This document shows positions 1 through 9,681 of a stretch of DNA of 64,000 bases, piece by piece; positions within the stretch are counted from its first letter, which is position 1; each line of letters begins with the position of its first letter. This DNA is from a virus (taxonomy: Duplodnaviria > Heunggongvirae > Uroviricota > Caudoviricetes). Made by a program: the position numbers and the translations under genes. The notes beneath the pieces were generated by a model. That model did not search any database and was not told the origin of the DNA. It saw only the letters and a program-made list of their open reading frames with translations. Location: positions 398,456 through 462,455 of the IMG/VR virus record IMGVR_UViG_3300049044_000033. One strand, 5' to 3'.

Positions 1-556
1 TGTCAGCGATCACAAAACGAAACTCGCCTTGTATATCCTGGCACTGGTTGACCAGAATCAAAGTATCATCGACCACACTACTGGTCTGATCCAGAGAGGA
101 TATGTCATGATCAATCGTACCAAACTTGACCTTATGACCCGCGAAGGTTTTGAGGCCACTATTAGGGCGAATGAATAGCTCTCCTGCATCGAAATTGTAG
201 AACAACTCTCGGGCACGATGCTTAAACATCGCCCAGGTCATCATATTGGCATTTCGATTCATGAACCAATCGAGTGGGAGATTGCTCATGTAGGAAGAGG
301 CTTGGGTTCTAGCATTCACACCTAAGGCACCAGGCTGATACTGGTGGGATTCTACATATCGGGTGAATTCATGTGACCCGTAGAGAACCACACATTTGTC
401 GTTGGCAACCAGGGGATCACTGTAGGTGCCGTCAGGGTGACGATCAACAAAGATTGCTTCGTGACCGGCCTCGCGGACGTAGTGGTCAATGGTATGGCGA
501 TCATATGAGAGTTTCTCAAGAATGCCGCGGTCTAAGAGCCAGATAATAGGAACCAT
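1..556 (-). CDS. ATP-grasp domain protein (R2K/DUF4343-like), truncated by window edge
   Basis: Manual translation from ATG 556: MVPIIWLLDRG...LFIRPNSGLKTFAG...QGEFRFVIAD. The FIRP..K.F.G and E.RF motifs fit phage ATP-grasp proteins. Not in the ORF track because it runs off the window. Confidence 0.65.
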   Translation of the reverse strand, partial: MVPIIWLLDRGILEKLSYDRHTIDHYVREAGHEAIFVDRHPDGTYSDPLVANDKCVVLYGSHEFTRYVESHQYQPGALGVNARTQASSYMSNLPLDWFMNRNANMMTWAMFKHRARELFYNFDAGELFIRPNSGLKTFAGHKVKFGTIDHDISSLDQTSSVVDDTLILVNQCQDIQGEFRFVIAD

Positions 557-562
557 CCCTCC

Positions 563-591
563 TTTGTAAAGAGGGATGGTTTTTAAGTCAA
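563..591 (-). promoter_or_regulatory. sigma70-type promoter, probably leaderless
   Basis: TTGACT-17 nt-TACAAA, with ATG 6 nt downstream; overlaps an inverted repeat at 551-581. Confidence 0.6.
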
Positions 592-596
592 CCTAT

Positions 597-959
597 TCAA
601 GCAGCGTAACGCTGCTCAAACGGCAATTCGGTTTGAATTGGTGTGGACTCTGCAATTGGCGTGACCGTCATATTACATTCGGCCATCATGCTGAACATGA
701 TCTTTCGAAGCTGCTCAGCCATTTTAATTGCCTTGACGTCCGAATCCAAGACAGCATCGCGCCGAATATTATGTAATTCGGCCTTGGCATGCTGTCTAGC
801 TTCGTTGAGGATCATCGTGCTAAACGCTTCCTCAACTTGCTCCGGAGAAACGGCCTTACCCTCAGCTAGGAGTTCAGGCGCAATATTCTCGATATCTACA
901 TTCAACGAAATGTTAAATTTTGGCACGTCGATCTCCACTGAGAAAGTGTTTCGACTCAA
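597..959 (-). CDS. hypothetical protein
   Basis: 120 aa ORF, co-oriented with neighbours; start uncertain. Confidence 0.5.
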   Translation of the reverse strand: MSRNTFSVEIDVPKFNISLNVDIENIAPELLAEGKAVSPEQVEEAFSTMILNEARQHAKAELHNIRRDAVLDSDVKAIKMAEQLRKIMFSMMAECNMTVTPIAESTPIQTELPFEQRYAA

Positions 960-1092
960 AACACGAACCCATATTAACTAATACTTTTTAGTTCTAAGTC
1001 GATCTCTTGCCAGCGGTTATCCACCGTAGCAATCTCGATTTAACTGATTACAGGATAGAGTCAAGGAAAATATGACTAAGTTTAAAATTAAT

Positions 1093-1410
1093 CTATAAAG
1101 TATTAACTAGTAGATTAAGAAACAGGGGAATCTGCGGTTTGTCATATAGGAGATAGGGGCCTAGCTTGAAATACAGGGCCTCCTTAACATCACTGAACTG
1201 GATGCGAATATATACATGATTTTCATGGTCTTTTGGTTGAATCTCTTCAATCTGCTCAAGCGTCCATTCGCTCTTACAGTTCTTCAAAAGCCAGATTTCA
1301 ATAAAGCTGTATAGGAGATCAACCTTAAGTTTTGCCAGGTGCGTAACTTCGAGAACAACGGCAGCTCTGCTATCTAGAGCTTGAGGGTGAGTTGTCCTTA
1401 ATAGGTTCAT
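1093..1410 (-). CDS. FKLxW-motif family small protein
   Basis: WLLKNCKSEW...IRIQFSDVKEALYFKLG; TAAATA 4 nt upstream of ATG. Confidence 0.65.
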   Translation of the reverse strand: MNLLRTTHPQALDSRAAVVLEVTHLAKLKVDLLYSFIEIWLLKNCKSEWTLEQIEEIQPKDHENHVYIRIQFSDVKEALYFKLGPYLLYDKPQIPLFLNLLVNTL

Positions 1411-1467
1411 ACTATATTTATGAGCATAACATAGCCCACAAATATAGTCATGCCTTAAGGCAGGATG

Positions 1468-2670
1468 TTACTCCTGCCCCTTAGCATCCCTCAAGTCATA
1501 CCAGGACAACCCGCCCCATAGATGCCTCACAGAATCTACTCGGCTTTGGCTTGCCAGTTTGTTACCCACGAACTTGACAAGGTATTCATAGAGAGCAGCC
1601 TCTCCCTCTTCTAAGCGATCCCACATCCAGAACTTGATGCCATTCAGAATATCATCCTTGCCCTGCAGGTTCTTTTCGGCGAACTTCTTCTTGCTTCCGT
1701 TGAAGTTGTCGAAATCGGCTTGAACTTCCCAGTAGAGATCACTTGCGAGCTTCTTCAAACCTGTGAAGATAGTCATGCCAAACTCGTCAGCCTTGGCAAC
1801 TAGATCTTCAGGTAAGAAAGGCTTGGCATCATCAAGTTTCTCGTCAATGATCAACCGGATGACATCCTTCTCAAGAGTCATGTGCTCCAGAGTCTTGTGG
1901 ATCTGGCAATACCATTCACCCTTGAGCTTGCGAGCATGTCCGTTAATGTCACGCCATACATCGCCTTCTGCACCCTCGAGGGCACGGATTTCCTCAAGGA
2001 GTTCCTGGTCAAAACCAGTCATCTCATAGCTGGCATAGACTAGAGGGATATCATAGGCTTCTGCCTCTTCCTTCATTTCCTCATAGGTCTTATATTCACC
2101 GGTGATGTTTTCACGAATAGCCGTTAAGATCAACTTGGAATCAGGATAGTCGATAACAATCCTCTGCTCGCGAGAGCACCATTCAAAGATAGGTGTCCAG
2201 CCCTGGCTCATCCAATACTTTGCGAACTCGTGATAGTTGACCTTGTCCTTAGTGAATCGGTCAACAGGCTTTGCCACATCAGTCAAACCCATCTTCGTAG
2301 CCCAACGAACTTCTCCATTGATCAACAGAGGAGTGATCATTGAACCATCAAGCTTTTCGAAGCGACGATAAGGGATTGACCAGTCAATGTTCTGCGGCAA
2401 AGTCTCGGGGCGTTCTCCCAAGTTGAAGAACTTGTGATACTTGCGTGAGATGATCTCACCCGTCGATGTGCGGAACGTAACACCACGACACTCGCGCAGA
2501 ATTGCCGTGCGCTCATCGGTCACCGGAGGGAAGGTATCATCAAAGTTTACCGCATAGTTGATGATTGTGTAGTCGTGCTCTTCATTGACACGAATCACAA
2601 ACTCTTCATGACCTTCGATGGCTTTGAGCACTTGGTCGATATGAGTGATGCGAGGAAACTGGTAAGTCAT
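1468..2670 (-). CDS. rnlA: RNA ligase 1 (T4 RnlA-like)
   Basis: RECRG, KYHKFFNLGE, motif I EKLDGS, FEW, EG, K.KGEWY. Confidence 0.88.
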   Translation of the reverse strand: MTYQFPRITHIDQVLKAIEGHEEFVIRVNEEHDYTIINYAVNFDDTFPPVTDERTAILRECRGVTFRTSTGEIISRKYHKFFNLGERPETLPQNIDWSIPYRRFEKLDGSMITPLLINGEVRWATKMGLTDVAKPVDRFTKDKVNYHEFAKYWMSQGWTPIFEWCSREQRIVIDYPDSKLILTAIRENITGEYKTYEEMKEEAEAYDIPLVYASYEMTGFDQELLEEIRALEGAEGDVWRDINGHARKLKGEWYCQIHKTLEHMTLEKDVIRLIIDEKLDDAKPFLPEDLVAKADEFGMTIFTGLKKLASDLYWEVQADFDNFNGSKKKFAEKNLQGKDDILNGIKFWMWDRLEEGEAALYEYLVKFVGNKLASQSRVDSVRHLWGGLSWYDLRDAKGQE

Positions 2671-2701
2671 ACGTGGCCCCTAGGCAGTAAATCGATCTGC
2701 T

Positions 2702-2731
2702 AAAAAGTAGGGAGCCCGAAGGCTCCCTACT
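2702..2731 (-). terminator. intrinsic terminator after clpP
   Basis: 11-bp stem AGTAGGGAGCC/GGCTCCCTACT, cUUCGg loop and U-tract on the minus strand. Confidence 0.8.
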
Positions 2732-2754
2732 GGGACCACAACCAGTGGGTTTAA

Positions 2755-3375
2755 TTAGGGACGATGCTCAATGACCTGATCGCCCAGACCCATAGCAACA
2801 GCTTCTTCGGCCGAGAGGAAGGTGTCGAACTTCATGTTCTCAAACATTTCCTCATAGGTCTTGCCAGCAGTGTTGTGGCGAACATAAAGTTCAGTGAGGC
2901 GCTGGTTGATGCGCTCCGACTCTTCGAACGAACGCTTGGCATCTTCGAACTGAAGGGCCTGAACGTGAACCGAACCCGAAGTGCCACGAGTGCCCGACGA
3001 CACACGATGGATCATAGTGCGCGACTCGGGAAGCAGATAACGCTTACCGCCAGCACCGGCCTGAGCCAAGAAGGAACCCATGGAGCAAGCCTGACCCATA
3101 ACGAGAGTGCAGACGTCTGGCTTGATGAAACGCATCGTGTCGTAGATGGCCAGACCAGCCGTTACGGCACCACCTGGCGAGTTGATGTAAAGCCAGATAT
3201 CCTTGGTCAGATCTTCTGATTCAAGAAAGAGAAGCTGGGCGCAAACAATCTGCGCCATGTGGTCTTCAACTTCGCCATTGAGGAACACAATGCGTTCCTT
3301 CAGCAGACGGGAGTAGATGTCGTATGCGCGTTCGCCACGATTGGTAGATTCAATGACTGTTGGAACCAGAGGCAT
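2755..3375 (-). CDS. clpP: ATP-dependent Clp protease proteolytic subunit
   Basis: [33 protein letters not shown], catalytic ACSMGS, MIH, D. Confidence 0.95.
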   Translation of the reverse strand: MPLVPTVIESTNRGERAYDIYSRLLKERIVFLNGEVEDHMAQIVCAQLLFLESEDLTKDIWLYINSPGGAVTAGLAIYDTMRFIKPDVCTLVMGQACSMGSFLAQAGAGGKRYLLPESRTMIHRVSSGTRGTSGSVHVQALQFEDAKRSFEESERINQRLTELYVRHNTAGKTYEEMFENMKFDTFLSAEEAVAMGLGDQVIEHRP

Positions 3376-3439
3376 TTCTTGAAAACTCCTTATTGCTAGA
3401 CCGGTTTATTGCCTAGCTGACCTTATTATCAATATTCTT

Positions 3440-3754
3440 TTACGAAATTTGCCACGCCTGGTGACCACCTCGAAGTTTAAACATCAAGGCATCGTTATTG
3501 TCCTCAAAGCGAACAACCATAGTGTATTCGCCTGACTTCTTGGACTTTGGATGTTGGAAATTATACGAGGACCACTCGCCGGGGCAGTTCTCTTTAAGCC
3601 ACTCTTGGACCTTCTTTACAGCATCCCAGCTATCGGGAACTATAAACTGAACGCGAGTCCAAGATAGGTTCATTGGACCCTGTTGGTTCAGGCGTAGAAG
3701 TTCTCTGGTCGAGACTTCTAAGTCAGTAAATCGGATAACTTCTGGCTGTTTCAT
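3440..3754 (-). CDS. FKLxW-motif family small protein
   Basis: VQEWLKENCPGEW...VVRFEDNNDALMFKLRGG. Confidence 0.7.
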   Translation of the reverse strand: MKQPEVIRFTDLEVSTRELLRLNQQGPMNLSWTRVQFIVPDSWDAVKKVQEWLKENCPGEWSSYNFQHPKSKKSGEYTMVVRFEDNNDALMFKLRGGHQAWQIS

Positions 3755-3867
3755 ATCCCCATATTAGTGGTCTGGGGATCTTAGAGTCTATATTGAAGTG
3801 CAGGTGCTAGGGCGGGAGAACCATGTCCTATGGGCTTCGTAGGGCACTCATGATATAGTTGATATGT

Positions 3868-3899
3868 GAACGAGCAGGGAGGCGCCTCCCTGCTCGTTC
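3868..3899. repeat. perfect 32-bp palindrome (terminator or protein-binding site)
   Basis: GAACGAGCAGGGAGGC|GCCTCCCTGCTCGTTC. Confidence 0.85.
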
Positions 3900-3958
3900 T
3901 TTACTTCGCCCCGTAGGGCGAGTGAGGAAGGCGCCGAGTTACCGGCGACAACCATCCC

Positions 3959-5248
3959 TTATGCGGCGCGCTTTGCCTCGTCCTTGACGTAGTAGGCAGT
4001 CATGCCCCACGGAGCAACAATCGAGGTGTTGCCGTGGACGATGAACAGCGTATCGCAATATTCCTCTTCACCCCAAGTACCACAGGGGTAGCCGTCAGTG
4101 AACATCACGAACTTCTTGGGTTCGATTGCGTCGCCCAGACCTTCAACGTTGGGGAAGCCGTAGCCGGCTGGATCGCGCATGAACTCCCAGTTACATTCGA
4201 ACATGGTGCCACCACCGCCTTGCGGATTGTAGTCCATGATCTCGTCGATGTTCGCCGAAGTGAAGACCTTCGGGTTATAAACGCGAGTATCGAAAGTCCA
4301 CAGGGTCAGCTTGAACTCGTCGAACGTTTCCATGATGCCCTTGGTTTCCGAGAGGAAGTCCCGCAGCATTTCGTCCGTCATCGAGCCCGAGGTATCGATG
4401 CAGACCGCAACGTCAACAGTGTCCTTGAAGTTCTGACCCGGCAGGATGACCGAAGCACCACCGTCAATCGACCACGACCGCTTCGAAGGACGCGCAAACG
4501 TATAGTCGTCCTTGATCGAGGACTGAATGTGCATCTCGAGAAGCGAGCGCCAGTCCATGATGGGGTTCGTGAAGTCTTCGATGAGGCGCTTAACACCAGC
4601 AGGGACCTTGCCAGCGCCAACAGCCTGTGCGGCGTTAATGGTAGCTGCCTTGATCTCGTTGCGGATCTTTTGCTTGTCTTCCTCAGTCAGCTGCGGAGGA
4701 CCATCGGGACCACCCTGAACCGTAACAGTGACTTGCTTGCCGCCGTTGCCGTCGCCGTCCTGCTCGTCGCCATCGCTGCCGTCCATTTCCAAGTGCTCGT
4801 CCAGCGTCATCTGGAACTTGGTCTGGTTCTGCTCAAGCAAACGGTAGACTTCTTCCGAAGTCATCTCGTCGGTGTAGCGGTCATCATAGAGGCCGCCCTT
4901 GGGCATGGCGCCCAGCTTTTCCTTAACCAGCGTATAGTTGACGATGTAGTCGTTGGCCATGTTCCACAGCTTGTGCTCGCGTGAGCCCTTACGACCAAGA
5001 TGGTCATAGACGCAGTGGAGGACTTCGTGGCCAATAAGGAACAGCAGCTCGTCGGGAGTCAGTGCCTTAATGAACTCGCGGTTGTAATAGAGCTTGCGAC
5101 CGTCAGTGGCCGCAGTCTTGCACCACTTAGAAGCGTCCACGAGCTCCATCCGGGTAGCAAGGTTGCCGAAGAACGGCTGATTGAAGAGGAGACCCACGCG
5201 CGCCTGCACAATCGCCTGCACCACTGGATCCGACATATTAGCTGCCAT
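3959..5248 (-). CDS. DUF2201-type metallopeptidase + VWA domain protein
   Basis: TAATDG, HEVLH (HExxH), WN.A.DY..N, MIDAS DTSGSM, GGGGT.F, FTDGY. Confidence 0.88.
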   Translation of the reverse strand: MAANMSDPVVQAIVQARVGLLFNQPFFGNLATRMELVDASKWCKTAATDGRKLYYNREFIKALTPDELLFLIGHEVLHCVYDHLGRKGSREHKLWNMANDYIVNYTLVKEKLGAMPKGGLYDDRYTDEMTSEEVYRLLEQNQTKFQMTLDEHLEMDGSDGDEQDGDGNGGKQVTVTVQGGPDGPPQLTEEDKQKIRNEIKAATINAAQAVGAGKVPAGVKRLIEDFTNPIMDWRSLLEMHIQSSIKDDYTFARPSKRSWSIDGGASVILPGQNFKDTVDVAVCIDTSGSMTDEMLRDFLSETKGIMETFDEFKLTLWTFDTRVYNPKVFTSANIDEIMDYNPQGGGGTMFECNWEFMRDPAGYGFPNVEGLGDAIEPKKFVMFTDGYPCGTWGEEEYCDTLFIVHGNTSIVAPWGMTAYYVKDEAKRAA

Positions 5249-5376
5249 GGGAGCCTTCCTTTCTTGTTCTTACTCAATATAGCAGGAGCAGAACTAGTGT
5301 CAACCTATTTGCCATAAAAACGGGGTGGAACGTTGCCATTCCACCCCGTCCCGTTAGGCCACGGGAACCGCTTGGA

Positions 5377-6570
5377 TCAAGCGCCCAGGATCAGGTCCTG
5401 GTACTTGTCCGAGAAGTCGTCCCAGTTCTTCATGCCCGAAGGATCGAACTGGATCTTGAAGATCGCCAGTGCGGTGCGCGCACCCATGATCACCATTTCC
5501 GACTGGAAGTTGGCCATCATGAAGCCCAGGAAGTTGTCAACGTTGACGTTGAACTTCTTCTTGTCTTCGGCCTTGCCCTTGGCTGCAGAATCGAAGCGAT
5601 CCTTCAGTTCGTAGCAGAGAGCGGTCGTCAGCGCATACATCAGCGAAACGTCGGCGCCCTTCTTCAGGTCAGTGACCTTGCCCTCGAGGATGTCGCTCGC
5701 AGCCGGCAGATTCGCAGCATTCTTGCGGTATTCGAGGAACTTGACCGCAATACCGTCACCAACAGCGCCGGCGATCAGAGCCATCTGAACCGTCTCAGGA
5801 ATGTTCGGGTCACCGCGCAGGATATCCGAAACGCTTTCCCACGAACGAGGAGTCGGGAAGCCGCGCGATGCGCTGGTCGCTTCGAACTGGAACAGTTCGT
5901 GCTTGAACGCAGTCAGGTAGCCAACCACTGCCTGGTGGAACTGAGTGTTGAGTGCGAAGTTCTGGAAGTCTTCGAAGTCAACCCGCATTTCAATGTGGGT
6001 GAAACGATTCTGCAGGGGCGTCGGCATCTTAAACGTTGCGCCCTTGTCAGTGTCGCGGTTACCGGCTGCCATCACGATCACGTTCGTGGGGCACAGCCAT
6101 TCACCGAGCGCACCGTCGAGAACAATCTGGTAAGAACCAGCCTGGACTGAAGGAGCAGCGTTGGGCAGCTCGTCGAGCAGGATGATGGCGCCATCATACT
6201 TGTGACCGAAATCGTCTTCGATGGTTGCAGTGCCGTTGGCGTTGCCGACGTCGCGCTTGGGAAGCAGTGCCGGGATAGCCCATTCGACGTAGGCCTTGCC
6301 CTCGTCGTTCTTGAAGGGAACCGGAATACCGCGAAGGTCGGTCGGTTCCATCTGCGTCAGTCGAATATCGATGAGCTTGAAGTTCAGTTCGTCGGCGACC
6401 TGCTCGACAACCGAGGACTTAGCAATACCTGGGGCACCCCAAATAAACAGACCGCGGCGCTTCTTGCCACGCTTTGCGTTTTCGAGGTTGACTTCGACCA
6501 TGTGCTTGATCGCAATGGACGCTTCCGACGGCTTCACCGTCAACGTATCGATACGAGCCTTCTTAGACAT
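5377..6570 (-). CDS. MoxR-like AAA+ ATPase, partner of the VWA protein
   Basis: Walker A GAPGIAKS, DIRL...EPTDLRGIP, Walker B ILLDE, AAGN, NRF, TPRSW. Confidence 0.88.
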   Translation of the reverse strand: MSKKARIDTLTVKPSEASIAIKHMVEVNLENAKRGKKRRGLFIWGAPGIAKSSVVEQVADELNFKLIDIRLTQMEPTDLRGIPVPFKNDEGKAYVEWAIPALLPKRDVGNANGTATIEDDFGHKYDGAIILLDELPNAAPSVQAGSYQIVLDGALGEWLCPTNVIVMAAGNRDTDKGATFKMPTPLQNRFTHIEMRVDFEDFQNFALNTQFHQAVVGYLTAFKHELFQFEATSASRGFPTPRSWESVSDILRGDPNIPETVQMALIAGAVGDGIAVKFLEYRKNAANLPAASDILEGKVTDLKKGADVSLMYALTTALCYELKDRFDSAAKGKAEDKKKFNVNVDNFLGFMMANFQSEMVIMGARTALAIFKIQFDPSGMKNWDDFSDKYQDLILGA

Positions 6571-6755
6571 TTGAACTCCTTGTGGGTGGCCTAACGGTTA
6601 CAAACTAACCTGCCCTCACCTATACTACTAAAAAGTGGTATGTCAACCTACTTTTTGGTTTCTAGGGGAGGAAGTTGTTTGTCCCCGCCGCTGTTTGCTG
6701 GTTAGCGGCACCTTATCAGAAGCGCAATAAGAAAATCACCATGTGGTGAAATTTT

Positions 6756-7151
6756 TCAACTCACAAAGGCTTGAAGGAGAGTATCGAGATTGCCAACCAG
6801 CTTTGCCTTCATGGCAAGGTCGGCTTCGAAGAGTATGATCGTGATAGGGAGATATGCAGTGGCATACCAGGGCATACGACATATACGATCCAAATACAGT
6901 ATATGGCGACTGCTGAAAATCTGTTGCTCAGGGAAGACTATTTCATACTTCTTAAAATAGCTGGTCATGATTGCCAGCCCGCCTTGGCTCAATTGGAGCC
7001 CGTGCTTATTGTCGTTCCCTCCACGGAAGTTCACAAACATCAAGCGGATAATCTCATCATCAGTCATGCCAGGTAGCTGCGATACAGCAGCAACAGGTTT
7101 TTCAACCATTGCTTTCTTTATCGCAGCTATTATGGCGTAATGGATACTCAC
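6756..7151 (-). CDS. conserved jumbo-phage hypothetical protein
   Basis: 131 aa, ATGA-coupled to the upstream gene. Confidence 0.65.
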   Translation of the reverse strand: MSIHYAIIAAIKKAMVEKPVAAVSQLPGMTDDEIIRLMFVNFRGGNDNKHGLQLSQGGLAIMTSYFKKYEIVFPEQQIFSSRHILYLDRICRMPWYATAYLPITIILFEADLAMKAKLVGNLDTLLQAFVS

Positions 7152-7435
7152 TCTGAGATCGGCTTACCACCGGTTAGCTCATAGACCTTGAACTTGTCGG
7201 TCTTGAAGAGCTTGTTGAGTTTCTCAGCCAAATTAAAAGCATGTCCAGGGTTGCTGAAGCTTACTTTCTTATACTTTGGACCGGGATAGTTGATCAAACT
7301 GTTGATCGATCTTAGGTTAATTGGTTTACCATCATAGAATACAGCGTAGATCGCCTCAGCCTCGAGAACCTGTTCGGCCTTGTAGGTCTTGGGATCCGTG
7401 TAATCCAAAAGGATCTTTGGCTTTGGCCTGCTCAT
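7148..7435 (-). CDS. conserved jumbo-phage hypothetical protein
   Basis: MSRPKP...YPGPKYKKVSFSNPGHAFNLAEKLN pattern recognisable from large T4-like phages. Confidence 0.75.
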   Translation of the reverse strand: MSRPKPKILLDYTDPKTYKAEQVLEAEAIYAVFYDGKPINLRSINSLINYPGPKYKKVSFSNPGHAFNLAEKLNKLFKTDKFKVYELTGGKPISE

Positions 7436-7974
7436 TTGTTTTCTCCCTTTAGAGCTTTCTTTGCTTCATGAGCACGACGTCTAGCTTCTGGCCAAGGCTT
7501 GCCTTTTAGGGCATCGATAGCTGCCTGTCGAATTTCAGGACGATGAAACGCATTGTTTTTACTAATTAATTTCTTAGTTTCATCAGAATGCTTCTTACCA
7601 TAAAAGGGGTTTCCCTCTCCTTGGTATTTGGCCTTTTTATCCAAGCTCATTTGGCGTTTTGTTTCTTCAGAATGTTTTCCGAAGGAACCACCAGACATTT
7701 TGTTATAACCTTTTGATGGATCGCATGAATTCATTTTAGAAATCCAATAAATCTCTCGGTCATTTAGAACGCTCTGATCGGAAGCAGTTTGCTCAAGAAT
7801 TTCAAATTTGAAATTCTCTAGCCCATCCCTGGCTATAGCATTTCGAAGATGCAGACTTGTTGACTTGCTACGGTGCTGAGCCCAACGACCTTCAATGCTA
7901 TGACTTTGGCCTATATAGACTTTATTATCTAGCAGATTAGTGATCATATAGATCCCAGGGGTGTGGCGAGACAT
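7432..7974 (-). mobile_element. free-standing GIY-YIG homing endonuclease with NUMOD3 repeats
   Basis: GIYMITN...VYIGQS..R..H, GYN, HSEETK and NPFYGKKHSDETK repeats; RBS before ATG 7974; AT-rich relative to flanks. Confidence 0.9.
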
Positions 7975-8044
7975 TTGCGACCTCTCTTTTAAGCACACGA
8001 TATTTATCCGTTGACATTTGGATAAAGGGTGTTAGACCCAATGT

Positions 8045-8635
8045 ATGAGCGAATATACGAAAATCGTAGGCATGACAGGCGGCATGGGTGCTGGAAAGAG
8101 CACTATGATCAATGTTGCGCTGGAAATGGGTATCCCAATCTTCGATTACGACTACCATGTTCGTAAAGCTTACGAAGACCAAGAATTCGCAAATTTTGTT
8201 GGTCGTGCGATCTACCTCAATGAGGAGACCGTCACAAAAGCTATGGTCGCTGAGGCTATCGTGGCAGACCCCACTAAACTTCCAGTAGTGGAACGGTGCG
8301 TGATGGCCAAGATTGAGAAAGAGTTTGCAGAGGTCAAAGCAACTAACCCTGCGCCGTTCCTCCTCGTCGACGCGCCTATGCTATTTGAAATGGGCTGGGA
8401 CCAAGAATGCGATTTTGTTATTGCTATTCAGTGTCCTAGAGAGATTCGCGAAGAACGGGTTATGAAACGACCTGGCATGACAGCCGAAAAGATGAAGCTG
8501 CTCATGGATAAACAAATGTCCGAAGAGGATCGTCTCCTCAAAGGACAATTCATCATCCACACAAATCAGCCAGTTGAAAAGTCCATCCGATCAATGGGTG
8601 GCATACTAGATCATTTACGGGAATTTTACGCATGA
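8045..8635 (+). CDS. coaE: dephospho-CoA kinase
   Basis: IVGMTGGMGAGKST, D.D..V, VDAPMLFE, R..RVMKR, QMSEE. Confidence 0.9.
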   Translation: MSEYTKIVGMTGGMGAGKSTMINVALEMGIPIFDYDYHVRKAYEDQEFANFVGRAIYLNEETVTKAMVAEAIVADPTKLPVVERCVMAKIEKEFAEVKATNPAPFLLVDAPMLFEMGWDQECDFVIAIQCPREIREERVMKRPGMTAEKMKLLMDKQMSEEDRLLKGQFIIHTNQPVEKSIRSMGGILDHLREFYA

Positions 8636-9153
8636 GCACGTTTGGCCTATATGCTGGATCATTTGATCCATTGACACGTGGTCATCTTGACATCATCAGC
8701 AAGGCAGCTCAGACGTTTGATGGGCTTCATGTTGGTATCGGAAAGAATGCTGCTAAAAAGGGCTTCTTCGATACTCAGAAGAGAATCGAACTCATCTATA
8801 GCGCGATTGAGGAGTGGGAAAATCCCATACTTCAACAGGCGGTCCAGCAAGGTCGCTTAACTGTTGGTGAATATTCCAGCATCTCGGTTATCAAATATGC
8901 CAACCAAATTGGCGCCACGCATATTGTCCGAGGGCTTCGACAAGCCGGTGACTTCAATGATGAATTCGCGCTCACAGGTATTGCGGGGCAATTGGATTCA
9001 ACCCTGATATTCACTCACTTCATCTGCAAAGAGAAGTATCTCCATGTCTCGAGTTCAACTGCTCGAGAATTGGCTAAGTTGGATGAAGACGTGAACTGGC
9101 TTGTCACTCCTAGTGTTGCTGCTGCGTTAAAGGACGAATTCAAGAATTCGTAA
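8632..9153 (+). CDS. coaD: phosphopantetheine adenylyltransferase
   Basis: YAGSFDPLTRGHLDII, IVRGLR..GDF..E, VSSSTARE. Confidence 0.92.
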   Translation: MSTFGLYAGSFDPLTRGHLDIISKAAQTFDGLHVGIGKNAAKKGFFDTQKRIELIYSAIEEWENPILQQAVQQGRLTVGEYSSISVIKYANQIGATHIVRGLRQAGDFNDEFALTGIAGQLDSTLIFTHFICKEKYLHVSSSTARELAKLDEDVNWLVTPSVAAALKDEFKNS

Positions 9154-9183
9154 ATACTAGATCGATCGAGAGAAACTCGACGA

Positions 9184-9408
9184 TTGGAGAGTGACATGGA
9201 TGCTAGCTATCTTTTGACATTTGGATTGTGGCTATTTCTGCTATTCGCAATCCCATCAGCTTGCTATTCTACCTACACGGAAATTAAGGGAAGAACGATG
9301 TGTTCTTCCCTTATGATTTCAATGATGATCGCTATCTCGTTCATGGGATACGCATTCTACGTATTCACGAAGGTCTGCTTCCCAGAGGTCAGCACGTCCT
9401 TCCTGTAA
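9184..9408 (+). CDS. small two-TM membrane protein
   Basis: Two hydrophobic segments; TAAATA at 9151 and GGAGAG RBS before ATG 9196. Confidence 0.5.
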   Translation: MESDMDASYLLTFGLWLFLLFAIPSACYSTYTEIKGRTMCSSLMISMMIAISFMGYAFYVFTKVCFPEVSTSFL

Positions 9409-9609
9409 CGTAGATTCCCCAAACCACTTGCGGGGATTACCGCAGCAATAACTGGAACAAGGAGTAGGAGTTACGGCTGACCGCCTGATCCATTTAACTT
9501 GATTCCTGTGACCGCACCAACCGGATGCACTCGCACGTTGTTCTGCCCGAGCAATTGAACGCGCCCTCTGAGCGCGTCTCCAAGACCTATCTCGCATGTT
9601 AACCTCCAC
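9319..9609 (-). CDS. small basic Cys-containing phage protein
   Basis: PCSSYCCGNPRKWFGESTLQE pattern; GGAGG RBS before an internal ATG; 3' end overlaps the opposite-strand ORF. Confidence 0.55.
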   Translation of the reverse strand: MEVNMRDRSWRRAQRARSIARAEQRASASGWCGHRNQVKWIRRSAVTPTPCSSYCCGNPRKWFGESTLQEGRADLWEADLREYVECVSHERDSDHH

Positions 9610-9681
9610 ACGCCTAGGCCCCAGCTTGATTGCCAGGGTCAGGGTGTGAAGGGTGGTCCAGAAGTGTAGAAATCCATAACG

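Noticed and set aside
4034-4984. 316 aa plus-strand ORF, and similar long antisense ORFs (32577..33740, 48446..49408)
   Set aside because: They are shadows of well-supported minus-strand genes with biased codon usage and have no motifs
8632-9153. Reading the adenylyltransferase as NadD/NadM (NAD salvage)
   Set aside because: The GSFDP.T.GH, RGLR...DF..E and SSS..RE motifs and the coupling to coaE fit CoaD
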